From positions 288,001 through 352,000 of the forward strand of contig CAWHEU010000018.1 of assembly GCA_963828465.1 (NCBI GenBank): a stretch of DNA of 64,000 nucleotides, given 5' to 3'. Below the pieces are notes generated by a model, which saw nothing but the letters and a program-made list of their open reading frames with translations, did not search any database and was not told the DNA's origin. A program made the position numbers and the translations under genes. This document shows, in pieces, positions 8,690 through 20,500 of this stretch (positions are counted from its first letter, which is position 1; each line of letters begins with the position of its first letter). Source of the stretch: an uncultured Acidobacteriota bacterium. Lineage in GTDB: Bacteria; Actinomycetota; Acidimicrobiia; Spongiisociales; ZC4RG35.

Positions 8690-9682
8690 TCAGGTGAGTG
8701 GGAACGGCGACTGAAGCCACCACGGCACCGGTGAGGGCTCGATCCGGGTCACCCATTTCACCCACCAGAACCCACGTCTCGCCGGGGCCACGATCCGGGC
8801 CGGGAAACCGTGCCCCGGGCTCAGCGGCTTGCCGCCGAGACGCGTCACCAACCATGTGCTCTCCAGGTCGGCGATCGGGAACCTTCGGGCATATCCGGTC
8901 GCCGACCAGGCGACGAAGCTGCGGTTGCCTGCAGGGTCGATCAATCGATCGAGTCTGACCCCGGTCCATTCCTGCTCCGAGTACCACCCACCCGTGCAGT
9001 CGAGGATGGAGGGGAACGTGTCCTGTGGCATCGCCTCCAGATCCGCAAGTGTCAGGTTCCGTCCCGCCACAACGGCCGTCCACTCATCGGCGTCGATCGT
9101 CGGCACGCTGTCATCGAGCCAGGAGGTGGTGGGCAGACCGGCAGGGTCATGTGACCCTCTCTCGTGCATGCCGGTGAACCGACGCTCCCTCCCCGGTGCC
9201 TCCAGCGCCTGAAGGGTCCCCTCCCAGGCAAGCCAGATTCCTGCCGCGGCCGCCGACAGCGCCGAGGTTCGCAGGAATGCTCGGCGGTCGACATCGAAAT
9301 GTCGTGGTGTCACCGGATGACGCCGGAAATGATCGATGGCGAGACCGAGTGCGAGGACGGCGCCTCCGACATGTATCTGCATGACCGTCAGCGGCCCGAT
9401 GCGTGAGATCTCCCCGTGGGCATGCAGCAAACCCGAGGCGAGTGTGATCAAGACAACTGTGAGAAGGATCAAGGAGAAGACCCGCCCCGGCCGCTTCTTC
9501 TTGAGCCCTCGCCGAACGATCGAGGTCTTCCACGGCGACAGGAGCAAGATGGCCAGGGCGACCGCACCGTGAATGACGGCGGTATCGAGTGGCCAGTCCA
9601 CCCCGATCGCCTGACTGGCCAGACCCGAGACGACTGCAGTGACCAACAGCACCGCCAGCGCCAGATTCGTCCTGCGACCCAC
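8690..9682 (-). CDS. Membrane-anchored molybdopterin-dependent oxidoreductase (sulfite oxidase/MsrP family)
   Basis: N-terminal TM helices with His residues, RRAFL, DCTGGW (Mo Cys), WTGVRL, HGFPARIVAP, WVKWV; GAGGAGG RBS before GTG 9682. Confidence 0.85.
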   Translation of the reverse strand: MGRRTNLALAVLLVTAVVSGLASQAIGVDWPLDTAVIHGAVALAILLLSPWKTSIVRRGLKKKRPGRVFSLILLTVVLITLASGLLHAHGEISRIGPLTVMQIHVGGAVLALGLAIDHFRRHPVTPRHFDVDRRAFLRTSALSAAAAGIWLAWEGTLQALEAPGRERRFTGMHERGSHDPAGLPTTSWLDDSVPTIDADEWTAVVAGRNLTLADLEAMPQDTFPSILDCTGGWYSEQEWTGVRLDRLIDPAGNRSFVAWSATGYARRFPIADLESTWLVTRLGGKPLSPGHGFPARIVAPARRGFWWVKWVTRIEPSPVPWWLQSPFPLT

Positions 9683-9704
9683 GACCCTCCTCAGTTGTGA
9701 GACG

Positions 9705-9722
9705 GTATAACACCCGTTATAC
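9705..9722. promoter_or_regulatory. Perfect inverted repeat GTATAAC-N4-GTTATAC, probable TetR operator
   Basis: AT-rich dyad in the short divergent gap between the Mo-oxidoreductase and tetR genes. Confidence 0.7.
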
Positions 9723-9737
9723 TCCGCGTTATTGGAA

Positions 9738-10373
9738 ATGGCAACCCCCACACGTGAGCGCGACACCGTCCGGACCGAGCTGATCGAAGCCGCGATTCGG
9801 CTCCTCGCCGACCAGGGCACCGAAGCGCTCGTACTTCGCCGGGTCGCCTCGGCAGCACACGTGTCCACGATGTGCGTCTATTCACGTTTCGGGGACAAGG
9901 TGGGGCTGATCAACGCGGTCTACACCGCCGGGTTCGAGCGCCTTGCCCTCGCCTTGACGACGGTCGAGCACCGCCATGACCCGCTGCGCCGGATCATGGA
10001 GCTGGGACTCGCTTATCGCCGGTTCGCAGTAGCAAACCCCGCCCTCTATTCGCTGATGTTCGAACGCGTGGTCGGTTTCGATCCCCCGCCACAACTTCGA
10101 TCCGAGGTCCTGGAGTCGACCTTCTCCATGGTGATCGATGCCGTGCGACAGGCCAGGGAGGAGGGGACGATCGAGGCTGAGAGCCCTCTGGTCGCCACAT
10201 ACACACTTTGGGCGGCAGCGCACGGCGCTGTGAGCCTCGAGCTCACCCACGCAACGCAGCGCCCACTCTCCGGCTGGCTGTTCGAGTCCCGTGACACGGG
10301 AGAGGACATCTTCCGTCAGGCGATCCTGACCACCCTCCGCGGCTTGGCTCCGAGCGGTCCTGCCGCTGCCTGA
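9738..10373 (+). CDS. TetR/AcrR family regulator (WHG-type C-domain)
   Basis: LRRVASAAHVSTMCVYSRFGDK HTH; AYRRFA..NPALYSLMF; WAAAHGAVSLE. Confidence 0.92.
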   Translation: MATPTRERDTVRTELIEAAIRLLADQGTEALVLRRVASAAHVSTMCVYSRFGDKVGLINAVYTAGFERLALALTTVEHRHDPLRRIMELGLAYRRFAVANPALYSLMFERVVGFDPPPQLRSEVLESTFSMVIDAVRQAREEGTIEAESPLVATYTLWAAAHGAVSLELTHATQRPLSGWLFESRDTGEDIFRQAILTTLRGLAPSGPAAA

Positions 10374-10396
10374 GCTGTTCCGGATAACGTCCGACC

Positions 10397-11701
<1,305 letters not shown>

Positions 11702-11805
11702 TTGGGACGAGCTGGTGTCACATGCGGCACTCTCGCTCCCAATTAGCCCAGCGGTGACTGCTCATTACCATCGCCCGGCACCCGACCACCGAGGAGTGAC
11801 CGGAG

Positions 11806-11837
11806 ATGAAGGTCCGCAAATGAAGGTCCGCGAGTGA
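11806..11837 (+). repeat. Tandem ATGAAGGTCCGC duplication forming two overlapping mini-ORFs (MKVRK*, MKVRE*) before etfB
   Basis: ATGAAGGTCCGC at 11806-11817 and 11820-11831; stops TGA 11821-23 and 11835-37. Confidence 0.75.
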
Positions 11838-12592
11838 ATGTCATTGTCTGTGTCAAGCAGATCCCCGACCCCGCCACCCCATATCGTCTCGAAGAGGGCA
11901 GCAACTGGTTGATCCGCCCTGAGGAGCAGATCCTCGACGACACCGACCGCTACGGGGTGGAGATGGGGCTGCAGATCGCCCAGGCGACCGAGGGGACCGT
12001 CACGGTCGTGAGCATGGGCCCGTCCGGCACCGGGCAAGGGATCCGGCAGGCGCTGGCGATGGGAGCGGACGACGCGATCCTGATCGAGGACGGCTCCCTG
12101 AGAGGGTCGGATGCCCTGACCACGGCACGGGTGCTGGCGGCGGCGATCGGCCGGAACGACTTCGACCTGGTGATCGCGGGGACCGAGTCGACGGATGGTT
12201 ACTCCGGTGTCGTGCCCCAGATGCTGGCCGAGATCCTTGGAGTGCCGGCCCTCACCTACGCCACCCAGGTGGATGCCGGCGACGGCTCCGTCACGATTCA
12301 TCGACAGACAGCGGCCGGATACGACGTCGTCACAGCGGATCTCCCCGCTGTGGTGTCGGTGACGGCAGGCGTGGTCGAGCCCCGCTACCCAACCTTCAAG
12401 GGGATCATGGACGCCAAGAAGAAGCCGATCGAGACGCTCTCGATGGGTGATCTCGGGGCGAAGCGTGCCCCGGAGCAGCTCGTGCTCTCCATCGTCGACG
12501 CCCCAGAGCGGACCGGTGGGCGAAAGATCGAGGACGACGGCGAGGCGCATCAGGCGATCATCTCCCTTCTCACCGAGAGGAAGGTGATCTGA
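11834..12592 (+). CDS. etfB: Electron transfer flavoprotein beta subunit
   Basis: VIVCVKQIPD, RQALAMGAD, GTESTDG, EPRYPTFKGIM. Confidence 0.95.
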   Translation: MNVIVCVKQIPDPATPYRLEEGSNWLIRPEEQILDDTDRYGVEMGLQIAQATEGTVTVVSMGPSGTGQGIRQALAMGADDAILIEDGSLRGSDALTTARVLAAAIGRNDFDLVIAGTESTDGYSGVVPQMLAEILGVPALTYATQVDAGDGSVTIHRQTAAGYDVVTADLPAVVSVTAGVVEPRYPTFKGIMDAKKKPIETLSMGDLGAKRAPEQLVLSIVDAPERTGGRKIEDDGEAHQAIISLLTERKVI

Positions 12593-13561
12593 GTGGCCGC
12601 GGTGTGGGTCTTCGTCGAGCAGGAAGGCGAGGCGCCATCCCAGCTGGGTCTAGAGCTGCTGGCGAAAGGTCGGGAGCTCGGTGACGCCACCGCGATCTTT
12701 CTCGGCCCCGGCTCGGACGCAATCTTCTCGACCCTCGGTGAGCACGGAGCGAAGACCGTCCTGCACCTTGACAGCGGCGATCGATTGCCCTCGGCTCCTG
12801 TCGCAGCAGCCTTGGCGGAACGAGTGGAGGCCGACTCCCCGGACCTGATCCTCCTTGGCCAGGCCTACAACGACCGGGATATCGCCGGTCGTCTCGCCGC
12901 CAAACTCGGGGTGGGCATCCTCTCCAATGCCAGCGACATCCGGCTGAACGGTGGCGGGGTCGAGACCGACCACGAGATCCTCGGCGGAAGCCAGGTCGCA
13001 ACGGCCAGCGCGTCCCAGGGCCCGTACATCGTCCTGGCGCGGCCCAAGTCGTTTGTCGCAGCAGCAATAGGCGGCGGAGCCGCGACGGTCGGAGGCGGAT
13101 CCCCGCAGGTCGAAAGGCTCGAGCTGCCCGAGGCAACCGCGGCGGACGCCAGAGTCGTCGAGTCCCACGTCGAGGAGAGGGAGGGCCCCCAACTCGGAGA
13201 GGCATCGATCATCGTCTCCGGAGGACGGGGCCTCGGATCGCCGGAGGCCTATGAGCTGGTGGAGAAGCTGGGCAAGCAGCTCAAGGCAGCGACCGGGGCT
13301 ACCCGCGCCATCGTCGACGCCGGGTGGGTCCCTTATGCCAAACAAGTGGGCCAGACGGGGAAGACCGTCAAACCCGACGTATACATCGCCTGCGGAATCT
13401 CAGGCGCGATGCAGCATCTGGTGGGGATGAAGGACTCGAAGACCATCATCGCCATAAACAAGGATGCCGACGCCCCGATCTTCTCAATCGCCGACCTCGG
13501 TGTCGTCGGCGATGTGCACAAGGTCCTTCCCAAGCTCATCGAGGCGCTGGATAGCCGCTAA
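12593..13561 (+). CDS. etfA: Electron transfer flavoprotein alpha subunit
   Basis: [46 protein letters not shown]. Confidence 0.96.
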   Translation: MAAVWVFVEQEGEAPSQLGLELLAKGRELGDATAIFLGPGSDAIFSTLGEHGAKTVLHLDSGDRLPSAPVAAALAERVEADSPDLILLGQAYNDRDIAGRLAAKLGVGILSNASDIRLNGGGVETDHEILGGSQVATASASQGPYIVLARPKSFVAAAIGGGAATVGGGSPQVERLELPEATAADARVVESHVEEREGPQLGEASIIVSGGRGLGSPEAYELVEKLGKQLKAATGATRAIVDAGWVPYAKQVGQTGKTVKPDVYIACGISGAMQHLVGMKDSKTIIAINKDADAPIFSIADLGVVGDVHKVLPKLIEALDSR

Positions 13562-13616
13562 ACATCCCGGAGATCACTACTGGCTAGCCGCTCCAGCGGG
13601 ATGAAAGGAGGCTGGC

Positions 13617-14036
13617 GTGGACTTCAAGCTCGAGCTGATACTGCTCCCGGTCACTGACGTGGACCGCTCCAAGCATTTCTATCAGGAGAACATGGGGTTC
13701 GTCCTGGACGTCGATCACCAGCCAAACGAGGAGTTTCGCGTGGTGCAATTCACCCCACCGGGCTCAGCGTGCTCGATCACCTTCGGAAAGGGCATAGTCG
13801 ACACGACTCCCGGTTCGGTGCGTGGGCTGCATCTGGTCGTCACGGACATCGAAGCCGCGCGGGACGAGCTGATCGTCCGTGGGGTCGAGGTCGGCGAGAT
13901 TCGTCACATGGGCCCTAACGGCTGGGAGCAAGGACGCGATCCCAACCGCTCCCGGTACAACTCGTTCGCCGATATCGCAGATCCTGATGGCAACACGTGG
14001 CTGCTCCAGGAGGTGCCGGAAGTGTCTGAGGACTAG
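13617..14036 (+). CDS. VOC/glyoxalase family protein
   Basis: LPVTDVDRSKHFY, VQFTPPGSACSI, DPDGNTWLLQE; AAGGAGG RBS. Confidence 0.92.
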   Translation: MDFKLELILLPVTDVDRSKHFYQENMGFVLDVDHQPNEEFRVVQFTPPGSACSITFGKGIVDTTPGSVRGLHLVVTDIEAARDELIVRGVEVGEIRHMGPNGWEQGRDPNRSRYNSFADIADPDGNTWLLQEVPEVSED

Positions 14037-14093
14037 CACCGCCCCACACGACCCGGTGGTTTGATCGAGCCCCTCGGCGGGTAGCACCAGGGG

Positions 14094-14717
14094 ATGCAAA
14101 GAGACACGGTCCGAATCGAGAAGCTCCCGCCAGATGGGATAGACCAGGCGGCCGATCTCCTCGCCCGGAGCTTCGAGAGCACGCCCGACTACACCCACAT
14201 GTTCCCCGATCCCCACACACGCAGAGACGCTCTGCGCGGGTTCATGCGGGCACCGGTTCGAGACAGCCAGGCGGAGGGCAACTGCTGGGTGGCGAGCGAT
14301 GGGACCATGATGCTTGGTGTCGCCGCATGGCAGGGGCCCGGGCGTTACCCATGGTCGCTGGGTCGCAACCTTCGAGCCCTGCCCGCAATCATGTCCGTGC
14401 TGCGTCATGCCCCGGGGTCGTTCCGTGATCTCCTGAAGTTCGGCTCGACCATCGATTCCCATTTTCCGGACACGCCGCTCTGGTATCTCCAGGTGATCGG
14501 AGTCAGCCCGGAGGCGCAGGGTCTCGGCGTGGGGTCAGCCATCCTCGAGCCGGCGTTCGACCTCGCCGACCGGGATCGGGTTCCGTGCTACCTGGAGACG
14601 TCAAACGAGAAGGCGGTCCCCTTCTACCTGCGGGCCGGCTTCCGTATCGATCGGCAAGCTGTCGAATTGATGCCCGGCGGGCCTACCTACTGGTTGATGA
14701 CCCGGCCACCCCGATAG
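14094..14717 (+). CDS. GNAT family N-acetyltransferase
   Basis: WYLQVIGVSPEAQGLGVGS, CYLETS..FYLRAGF. Confidence 0.9.
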   Translation: MQRDTVRIEKLPPDGIDQAADLLARSFESTPDYTHMFPDPHTRRDALRGFMRAPVRDSQAEGNCWVASDGTMMLGVAAWQGPGRYPWSLGRNLRALPAIMSVLRHAPGSFRDLLKFGSTIDSHFPDTPLWYLQVIGVSPEAQGLGVGSAILEPAFDLADRDRVPCYLETSNEKAVPFYLRAGFRIDRQAVELMPGGPTYWLMTRPPR

Positions 14718-14754
14718 TATTCGCTGGGCATCCCCTCAACCGGCAAGGAGTGCC

Positions 14755-15777
14755 ATCACGACGCAACCCGTCATCGAACTGGTCGAATTGGGCTTCCCCT
14801 GGCCCGGTCTCGATCCGTTCATCTTCACCGTCCACCACTTCGACGCCTACCCGGAAGGGAACGACGACCTCGGCCCGGCCGCCTCATTGGGCGGACGTGA
14901 CATCGGAGTCGACTTCTCCTATCTGGACGGGTGGAGCATGTACCACGGCGACGTGGTGCCGGGCTTTCCCCAGCACCCACATCGGGGCTTCGAGACGGTG
15001 ACTGTCGTCCGCCGTGGCTATGTCGATCACTCCGATTCTCTCGGCGCCACCGCCCGGTACGGCCAGGGTGACGTGCAATGGCTCACCACCGGCAGCGGGA
15101 TCATGCATGCCGAGATGTTCCCCCTTCTCGACCCGGCCGGGCCCAATCCCATGGAGTTGTTCCAGATCTGGCTGAACCTCCCGCCCGAATCGAAAATGGT
15201 CCCGGCATATTTCGGGATGCTCTGGGGCGAGGACATCCCGAGGATCGCCCCCTCCCCCGGTGTCCAGGTAGAGGTCATGGCCGGCGCCATCGAGTCCAAT
15301 CGACCGCCCTCTCCCCCGCCCGACTCCTGGGGATCGAGGGCCGACTCACATCTCGCCATCTGGCACATCACGCTCGAACCGGGCGCTCGCTGGCAAATGC
15401 CACTCGCGCCGACCGGGGTGAATCGAATGCTGCACTGTGTGCAGGGCAACGACGTGCGGATCGGCTCCACACGCTTCGGCGACAAGATCGGGGCCAGGCT
15501 TCAACCCGACATCGGGACAACCATCGAGAACCACGGCGACCCGGCCGCCTTTCTCGTTCTTCAGGGACAACCGATCGGCGCCCCCGTTTTCCAGCTGGGC
15601 CCGTTCGTGATGAACTCGGCCGAGGAACTACGGCAAGCGGTCGACGATTACCACCGCACCCAGTTCGGCGGCTGGCCCTGGTCACGCCGGGATCCTGTGC
15701 ATCCCCGAAACGAGGGGCGGTTCGCCATCCACGCCGATGGCAGGGTGGAGCATCGGGACATGATCCCGACCGGTTGA
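14755..15777 (+). CDS. Pirin family protein (start uncertain: ATC 14755 or TTG 14788)
   Basis: DPFIFTVHH, GFPQHPHRGFETVT, HSDSLG, GIMHAEMFP, GPFVMN. Confidence 0.9.
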   Translation: MTTQPVIELVELGFPWPGLDPFIFTVHHFDAYPEGNDDLGPAASLGGRDIGVDFSYLDGWSMYHGDVVPGFPQHPHRGFETVTVVRRGYVDHSDSLGATARYGQGDVQWLTTGSGIMHAEMFPLLDPAGPNPMELFQIWLNLPPESKMVPAYFGMLWGEDIPRIAPSPGVQVEVMAGAIESNRPPSPPPDSWGSRADSHLAIWHITLEPGARWQMPLAPTGVNRMLHCVQGNDVRIGSTRFGDKIGARLQPDIGTTIENHGDPAAFLVLQGQPIGAPVFQLGPFVMNSAEELRQAVDDYHRTQFGGWPWSRRDPVHPRNEGRFAIHADGRVEHRDMIPTG

Positions 15778-16196
15778 TGGCGGGCTACAGCGGCACACCG
15801 CTAATTCAAAAGCTGGGCATCAAGGAGGGAGTGACGGTGGGCATCCTCAACATGCCCAACTACTACGACCTCGACCTTGGCGACCTGCCCCCCGAGGTCC
15901 AGATTCACCGAGGTGAGTTCCCCGCCGACCTCTACATCGTCTTCGCCGAACGCTCGGATGAGGCCGAACGCGGGTTCCAGGTGGCGATCACGTCGTTACC
16001 GCCGGATGGGGCGATCTGGGTGTTCTGGCCCAAGAAGAGCTCCGGCGTGGATACCGACCTGACCGAGCAAACGCTGCGAGACCTATTCCTCCCGACGGGA
16101 ATGGTGGACAACAAGGTGGTGGCAGTCGACGAGACCTGGTCCGGCCTCCGGTTCGTCGTCCGCAAGGAGAATCGCGAGAACTGGCCGGCGGCCTGA
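15777..16196 (+). CDS. DUF3052 family protein
   Basis: MAGYSGTPLIQKLGIK, IWVFWPKKSS, VDNKVVAVDETWSGLRFV; TGATG coupling. Confidence 0.85.
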   Translation: MAGYSGTPLIQKLGIKEGVTVGILNMPNYYDLDLGDLPPEVQIHRGEFPADLYIVFAERSDEAERGFQVAITSLPPDGAIWVFWPKKSSGVDTDLTEQTLRDLFLPTGMVDNKVVAVDETWSGLRFVVRKENRENWPAA

Positions 16197-16198
16197 CG

Positions 16199-16588
16199 TC
16201 AGAGGGTGAACCGAAAGGGAAGAAGCTCGTCGAGAGTGTGCTCGCGGATCTCGGACCCCTCACCGGCAGCCACGATGACCTTCTCCACGCCGAACTCGGC
16301 CATGATCTGCCGGCAACGCCCGCAGGGATAGGCCCCCAGGACATCGGTGGCGTCGATACAGGTGACCGCCAGAGTGTCGATCTTGCGCACGCCGGCGGCG
16401 ACCGCGGTATGGATGGCGGTGGCCTCGGCGCAATTGGACGTCGGGTAGGCGGCGTTTTCGATGTTGGCCCCGGTGAAGGTCTGCCCATCTGCAGCCACGA
16501 CTACCGCTCCGACGCGAAAATGTGAGTAAGGCGAGTACGCGTTCTCGGCCGCAGCACGGGCGGCAGCCACCAGTTCTTCTCGATTCAC
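16199..16588 (-). CDS. cdd: Cytidine deaminase
   Basis: AYSPYSHFRVGA, GANIENAAY, CAE, PCGRCRQ. Confidence 0.95.
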   Translation of the reverse strand: MNREELVAAARAAAENAYSPYSHFRVGAVVVAADGQTFTGANIENAAYPTSNCAEATAIHTAVAAGVRKIDTLAVTCIDATDVLGAYPCGRCRQIMAEFGVEKVIVAAGEGSEIREHTLDELLPFRFTL

Positions 16589-17583
16589 GACTGCTCCAGG
16601 AGATCGGCGACGAAAGAGTCCGGGTCGAAAGGCACGAGATCGTCGATCCCCTCACCCAGCCCGACGAACTTAATCGGGACACCGAGTTGTCGCTCGATTG
16701 CGATGACGATTCCACCTTTGGCGGTCCCGTCGAGCTTGGTGAGCACGATGCCGCTGAGAGGGACCGCGGCGGAGAACTCCCGCACCTGGGTCACGCCGTT
16801 CTGCCCGCCGGTTGCGTCGAGGACCAACAGCACCTCATCGACCCTTCCACTGTCGCCAGAGGCGACTCGATGGATTTTCCCCAACTCGGCCATCAGGTTC
16901 TTCTTGGCGTGAAGCCGGCCCGCCGTGTCGACGATCACCACGTCGTCTCCCCGGGCTCGGGCCGACCCGATGGCATCGAACGCGACCGACGCGGGATCTC
17001 CACCCTCCTGCCCCGAGACCACCTTCACCCCGAGCCGATTCCCCCACGTCTCGAGCTGGGCACTCGCTGCGGCCCGGAACGTGTCTCCGGCAGCGAGGAC
17101 GACTCCGCTGCCGTTGTTCTGGAGGCGGGCGGCCAGCTTGGCGATAGTGGTCGTCTTTCCGGTCCCGTTGACACCCACGACGAGGATCACGGCCGGATTG
17201 CCGTCGAGATGCAACCCGCGGTCCTTGTCGCCCAGCTCCGCCCTCAATTGGGTAGCGAGCGCCTCACGTGCCTGTTCGGGCGTCTCGGGAGCGGCAGACC
17301 GGACCCCGGCGACCACAGAGGTCGTCGCCTCGAGACCGACGTCGGCCCCGAGCAGCGCCTCCTCGAGTTCATCCCATGTGTGGTCGTCGAGACCGGTGCC
17401 CCATGCCCGACGCAGAGATGCACCCAGGGCGGTAGCGCTTCGCCCGATCCGGGAGGGCCGTCTCGTCTCGACTGACGTGGACCCACCATCGACGCTGCGC
17501 CGGCGACGGATCACGATCAGAACCGTGATCACAACGATGACCGCGACGATGACGAGGATCAGGGCCCATTCGCTCGTTCCCAT
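16585..17583 (-). CDS. ftsY: SRP receptor FtsY with N-terminal TM anchor
   Basis: GVNGTGKTTT, DTFRAAA, DTAGRLH, TKLDGTAKGG. Confidence 0.96.
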   Translation of the reverse strand: MGTSEWALILVIVAVIVVITVLIVIRRRRSVDGGSTSVETRRPSRIGRSATALGASLRRAWGTGLDDHTWDELEEALLGADVGLEATTSVVAGVRSAAPETPEQAREALATQLRAELGDKDRGLHLDGNPAVILVVGVNGTGKTTTIAKLAARLQNNGSGVVLAAGDTFRAAASAQLETWGNRLGVKVVSGQEGGDPASVAFDAIGSARARGDDVVIVDTAGRLHAKKNLMAELGKIHRVASGDSGRVDEVLLVLDATGGQNGVTQVREFSAAVPLSGIVLTKLDGTAKGGIVIAIERQLGVPIKFVGLGEGIDDLVPFDPDSFVADLLEQS

Positions 17584-17599
17584 AGCTATGCCAAGCTAA

Positions 17600-20500
17600 T
17601 TAGACGGCGAGATCGATACCGACCGAGGTCATGTCCTTTCGGACTACCTGTGAGGACCCACCCGGCTCCATGGTGACCCCGTAGAGCACATCGGCCGCCT
17701 CCATGGTCTGCTGCTGATGGGTCACGATCAACAATTGCGCCCTCTGACGGAACTCATCCACGATGCGGAGGAAGCGCCGGAGATTGGCGTCGTCGAGAGC
17801 GGCCTCGACCTCGTCGAGCACGTAGAACGGGCTCGGCCTCGCCTCGAAGATGGAAAAGAGGAAAGCGAGAGCGGCCAGGCTCCGCTCCCCACCCGAGAGC
17901 AGGGTGAGCTGGCTGACCTTCTTGCCCAGCGGTTGCGCCTCGATCATCAACCCGGAATGGGCGTCGTCGGGGTCGGCGAGCCGGATCCGGCCCCTTCCGC
18001 CCGGGAAGAGCACCGTGAAGTAGCGCTGATATGCCTCCGCCACCTCGGTGAACGCCTCCTGGAAGCGCAGCTCGATCTCGTCCTCCAGCGCCCTGATCAC
18101 CTTGCGAAGCTCGAAGCGAGATGATTCAACATCGGCCAGTTGGTCGACCAGGAAAGTGTGCCGCTCGTCTAGCTCGGCGAACTCGTCGGCAGCCAGAGGA
18201 TTGATCGGGCCGAGCCGGCGAAGCTGAGCCGATCGCTCCTCGAGGATGGCGGGCAGATCGGCGTCATCTGGAAAGTCCGGGCGGAGGGCACCACGAGCCG
18301 CGTCGGCGTCAGAATCGGCATCACGGCGGACACTCTCGATGACACTCTCCTTCAGGAGACGCAACTCGGTTAGACGCACCTGAAGCGTGGCGAGTCTCTC
18401 GCGCGCCGCAGCCGCCGAAGTTCGTCGCTCTTCCATCTGGGAGCGCGCCTGAGACAGCTCGGTGACAGTGCCTTCATTCTCGGCGCGGAGACCTGCCTGT
18501 CGCTCACGCAGGGTCGCCAGCCTGCCTTGCAGGATTTCAACGGCGTCGCGGGCGTATCGATCGACGAGGTCGAGCCGCTCGACGGCGATCGGTGCCGGTT
18601 CCTCGCCATCGACACGAGCCAGGTCGGCCTCGATTCTGACTACCCGCTCCTCGAGCAGACGACGGCGCTCGGAGATCACCCCTTGCACCGAGGCCGCTTC
18701 CTGCCATTCGGACCTGGCGATCTCGCGATCGGCGGCGATCTGGATGCGCCGGCCCTCCAACTCTTCCCAAACCTTCATTCTCCCGGCTTCTTCTCCTTCG
18801 AGAGCCTCGAGACGCCCGGTGAGCTCGGCGATCTGCCTATTCCGCTCTGCTGCTCCCTCCTCGATCGAGCCGAGCCGCTCCTTGAGTCGGGCCCGTTCGC
18901 CTTCGAGGGCATCGACGGATTTCTGGAGCCGGCCCATGGCCTCGGCCCGTCCGGCCAGCGCCGCCTCGGCCGATTCGAGCTGCTCGAGGGCCGCCCGCTC
19001 CAGGTCGCGGCTCTTCTCGAAATCGCGCTTGGCGGCCGTGTGGATGGAGGATGCGCGGGAAAGGTCAGTCTTTGCCTGTTCCGCCGCCACCCGGGCCGTC
19101 TCGACCATCGCCGGCCCGGCGCCGTCGGGCTGGGCGATCTGGACACCATCGATCGACACCAGGTCGCCTTCGGGTGTCACCGCCCTCAGGGCCGGATGGC
19201 GGGCGACCAGGGCCAGCGCGGTCGCCCATCCCTCCACCAGGAGGACATCGCCGAGCAGATGGCGGGCCAAGCCAAGGTCAGCACGCGGTCCGAGCCGATC
19301 CACGAGGGCGTCCACGCCGGACGCCGCGGCGATCTCCGAAGCGGGCGCCGACCCACGGTTCACCGCCGACACGACCGGCACGCCGCCTCCTCCGGCAGCC
19401 TTGACCGTCTCCACCGCCTCCTTGAGCCGATCGACGCTCTGGAAGGCGACAGCGTCGGCCCAGCGCCCCAGAGCCGCGTCTACCGCCTTCTCCAATCCGG
19501 CCGGGATGTCGAGACGGGAGACGAGAGCCCCAAGCGCTCCATCCACGGTCTCCACCTTGCGTCGGGACTCGATGTCGAAACTGCCAGACATGGCGGCTTC
19601 CAGGGCGTCGACTCTGGCCTCGGTGGCAGCAACGGCCAATCTGGCTTCGGTGATCGCTTCCTCGGCCCCGGACCAGGCCTTCTGATCGGTCTCGCGCCGG
19701 CGACTCGCCTTCTGATAGCCCTGTTGGAACCCGGACACGTCCTCGTCGAGGGCACGAATTTCATCATTGATCCGCGAGATCTCGCCCGATTCGTCGCCGA
19801 GCTGCGAGTCGACGACGGCGAGCCTGCGATCGATGCCCTCCACCTCCCGGCTGTCGCGCACACCGGCAGCCTGGAGCACCGATAGCTCGCCACGCACTGC
19901 CGCCAGCGCTCCCTCCGGGGAGAGCGCATTCTGGGTGGCGATTGCCCGCTCCTCGTCTTCGAGACGTCTGAATCGAGCCTCCATGGCCTCCGCATGGCTG
20001 GTCGCCCCGGTCTCCGATGCGGTGACTCGCACGAGCTCGTCGACGATCCCGCCAAGCTCCGAACGAAGATCCGATCGGCGCTCGATCCCGGCCTGCCTCC
20101 TCCCGCTGACGGCACGGCTTCGCTCTTGGGCCACAGCTCCGAGACGTCGCAATCTCTCGACCGTTGTCTCGAGCCGGGCGGCTGCGCCGGTGTCGCGGTC
20201 GAGATCCATTCCGACCGTCGATGCCCGAGCCGTCAGGGCCTCGACGGATGCCGTCAGGACGCCCAACTCCGACTCATCGGATGCGATTTGACCGGTCAGT
20301 GTCTCCAGGGTGACGCTCCCGGCATCCATCTCGGTCTCGTAGGCATCAATGGCAATCCCGGCGAGGTACAGACTCAGATCGCGCACCTCGGATTTGAGCC
20401 CGTGATATCGCTCGGCCGCCCGCGCCTGACGGCGGAGGGGTCTCAACTGCCTTTCGATCTCCCCAATGAGGTCCTGGAGTCGGAGCACGTCCTCGTCGGT

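Noticed and set aside
13068-13112. Imperfect [14 protein letters not shown] duplication in etfA
   Set aside because: Short, degenerate and in the variable interdomain linker
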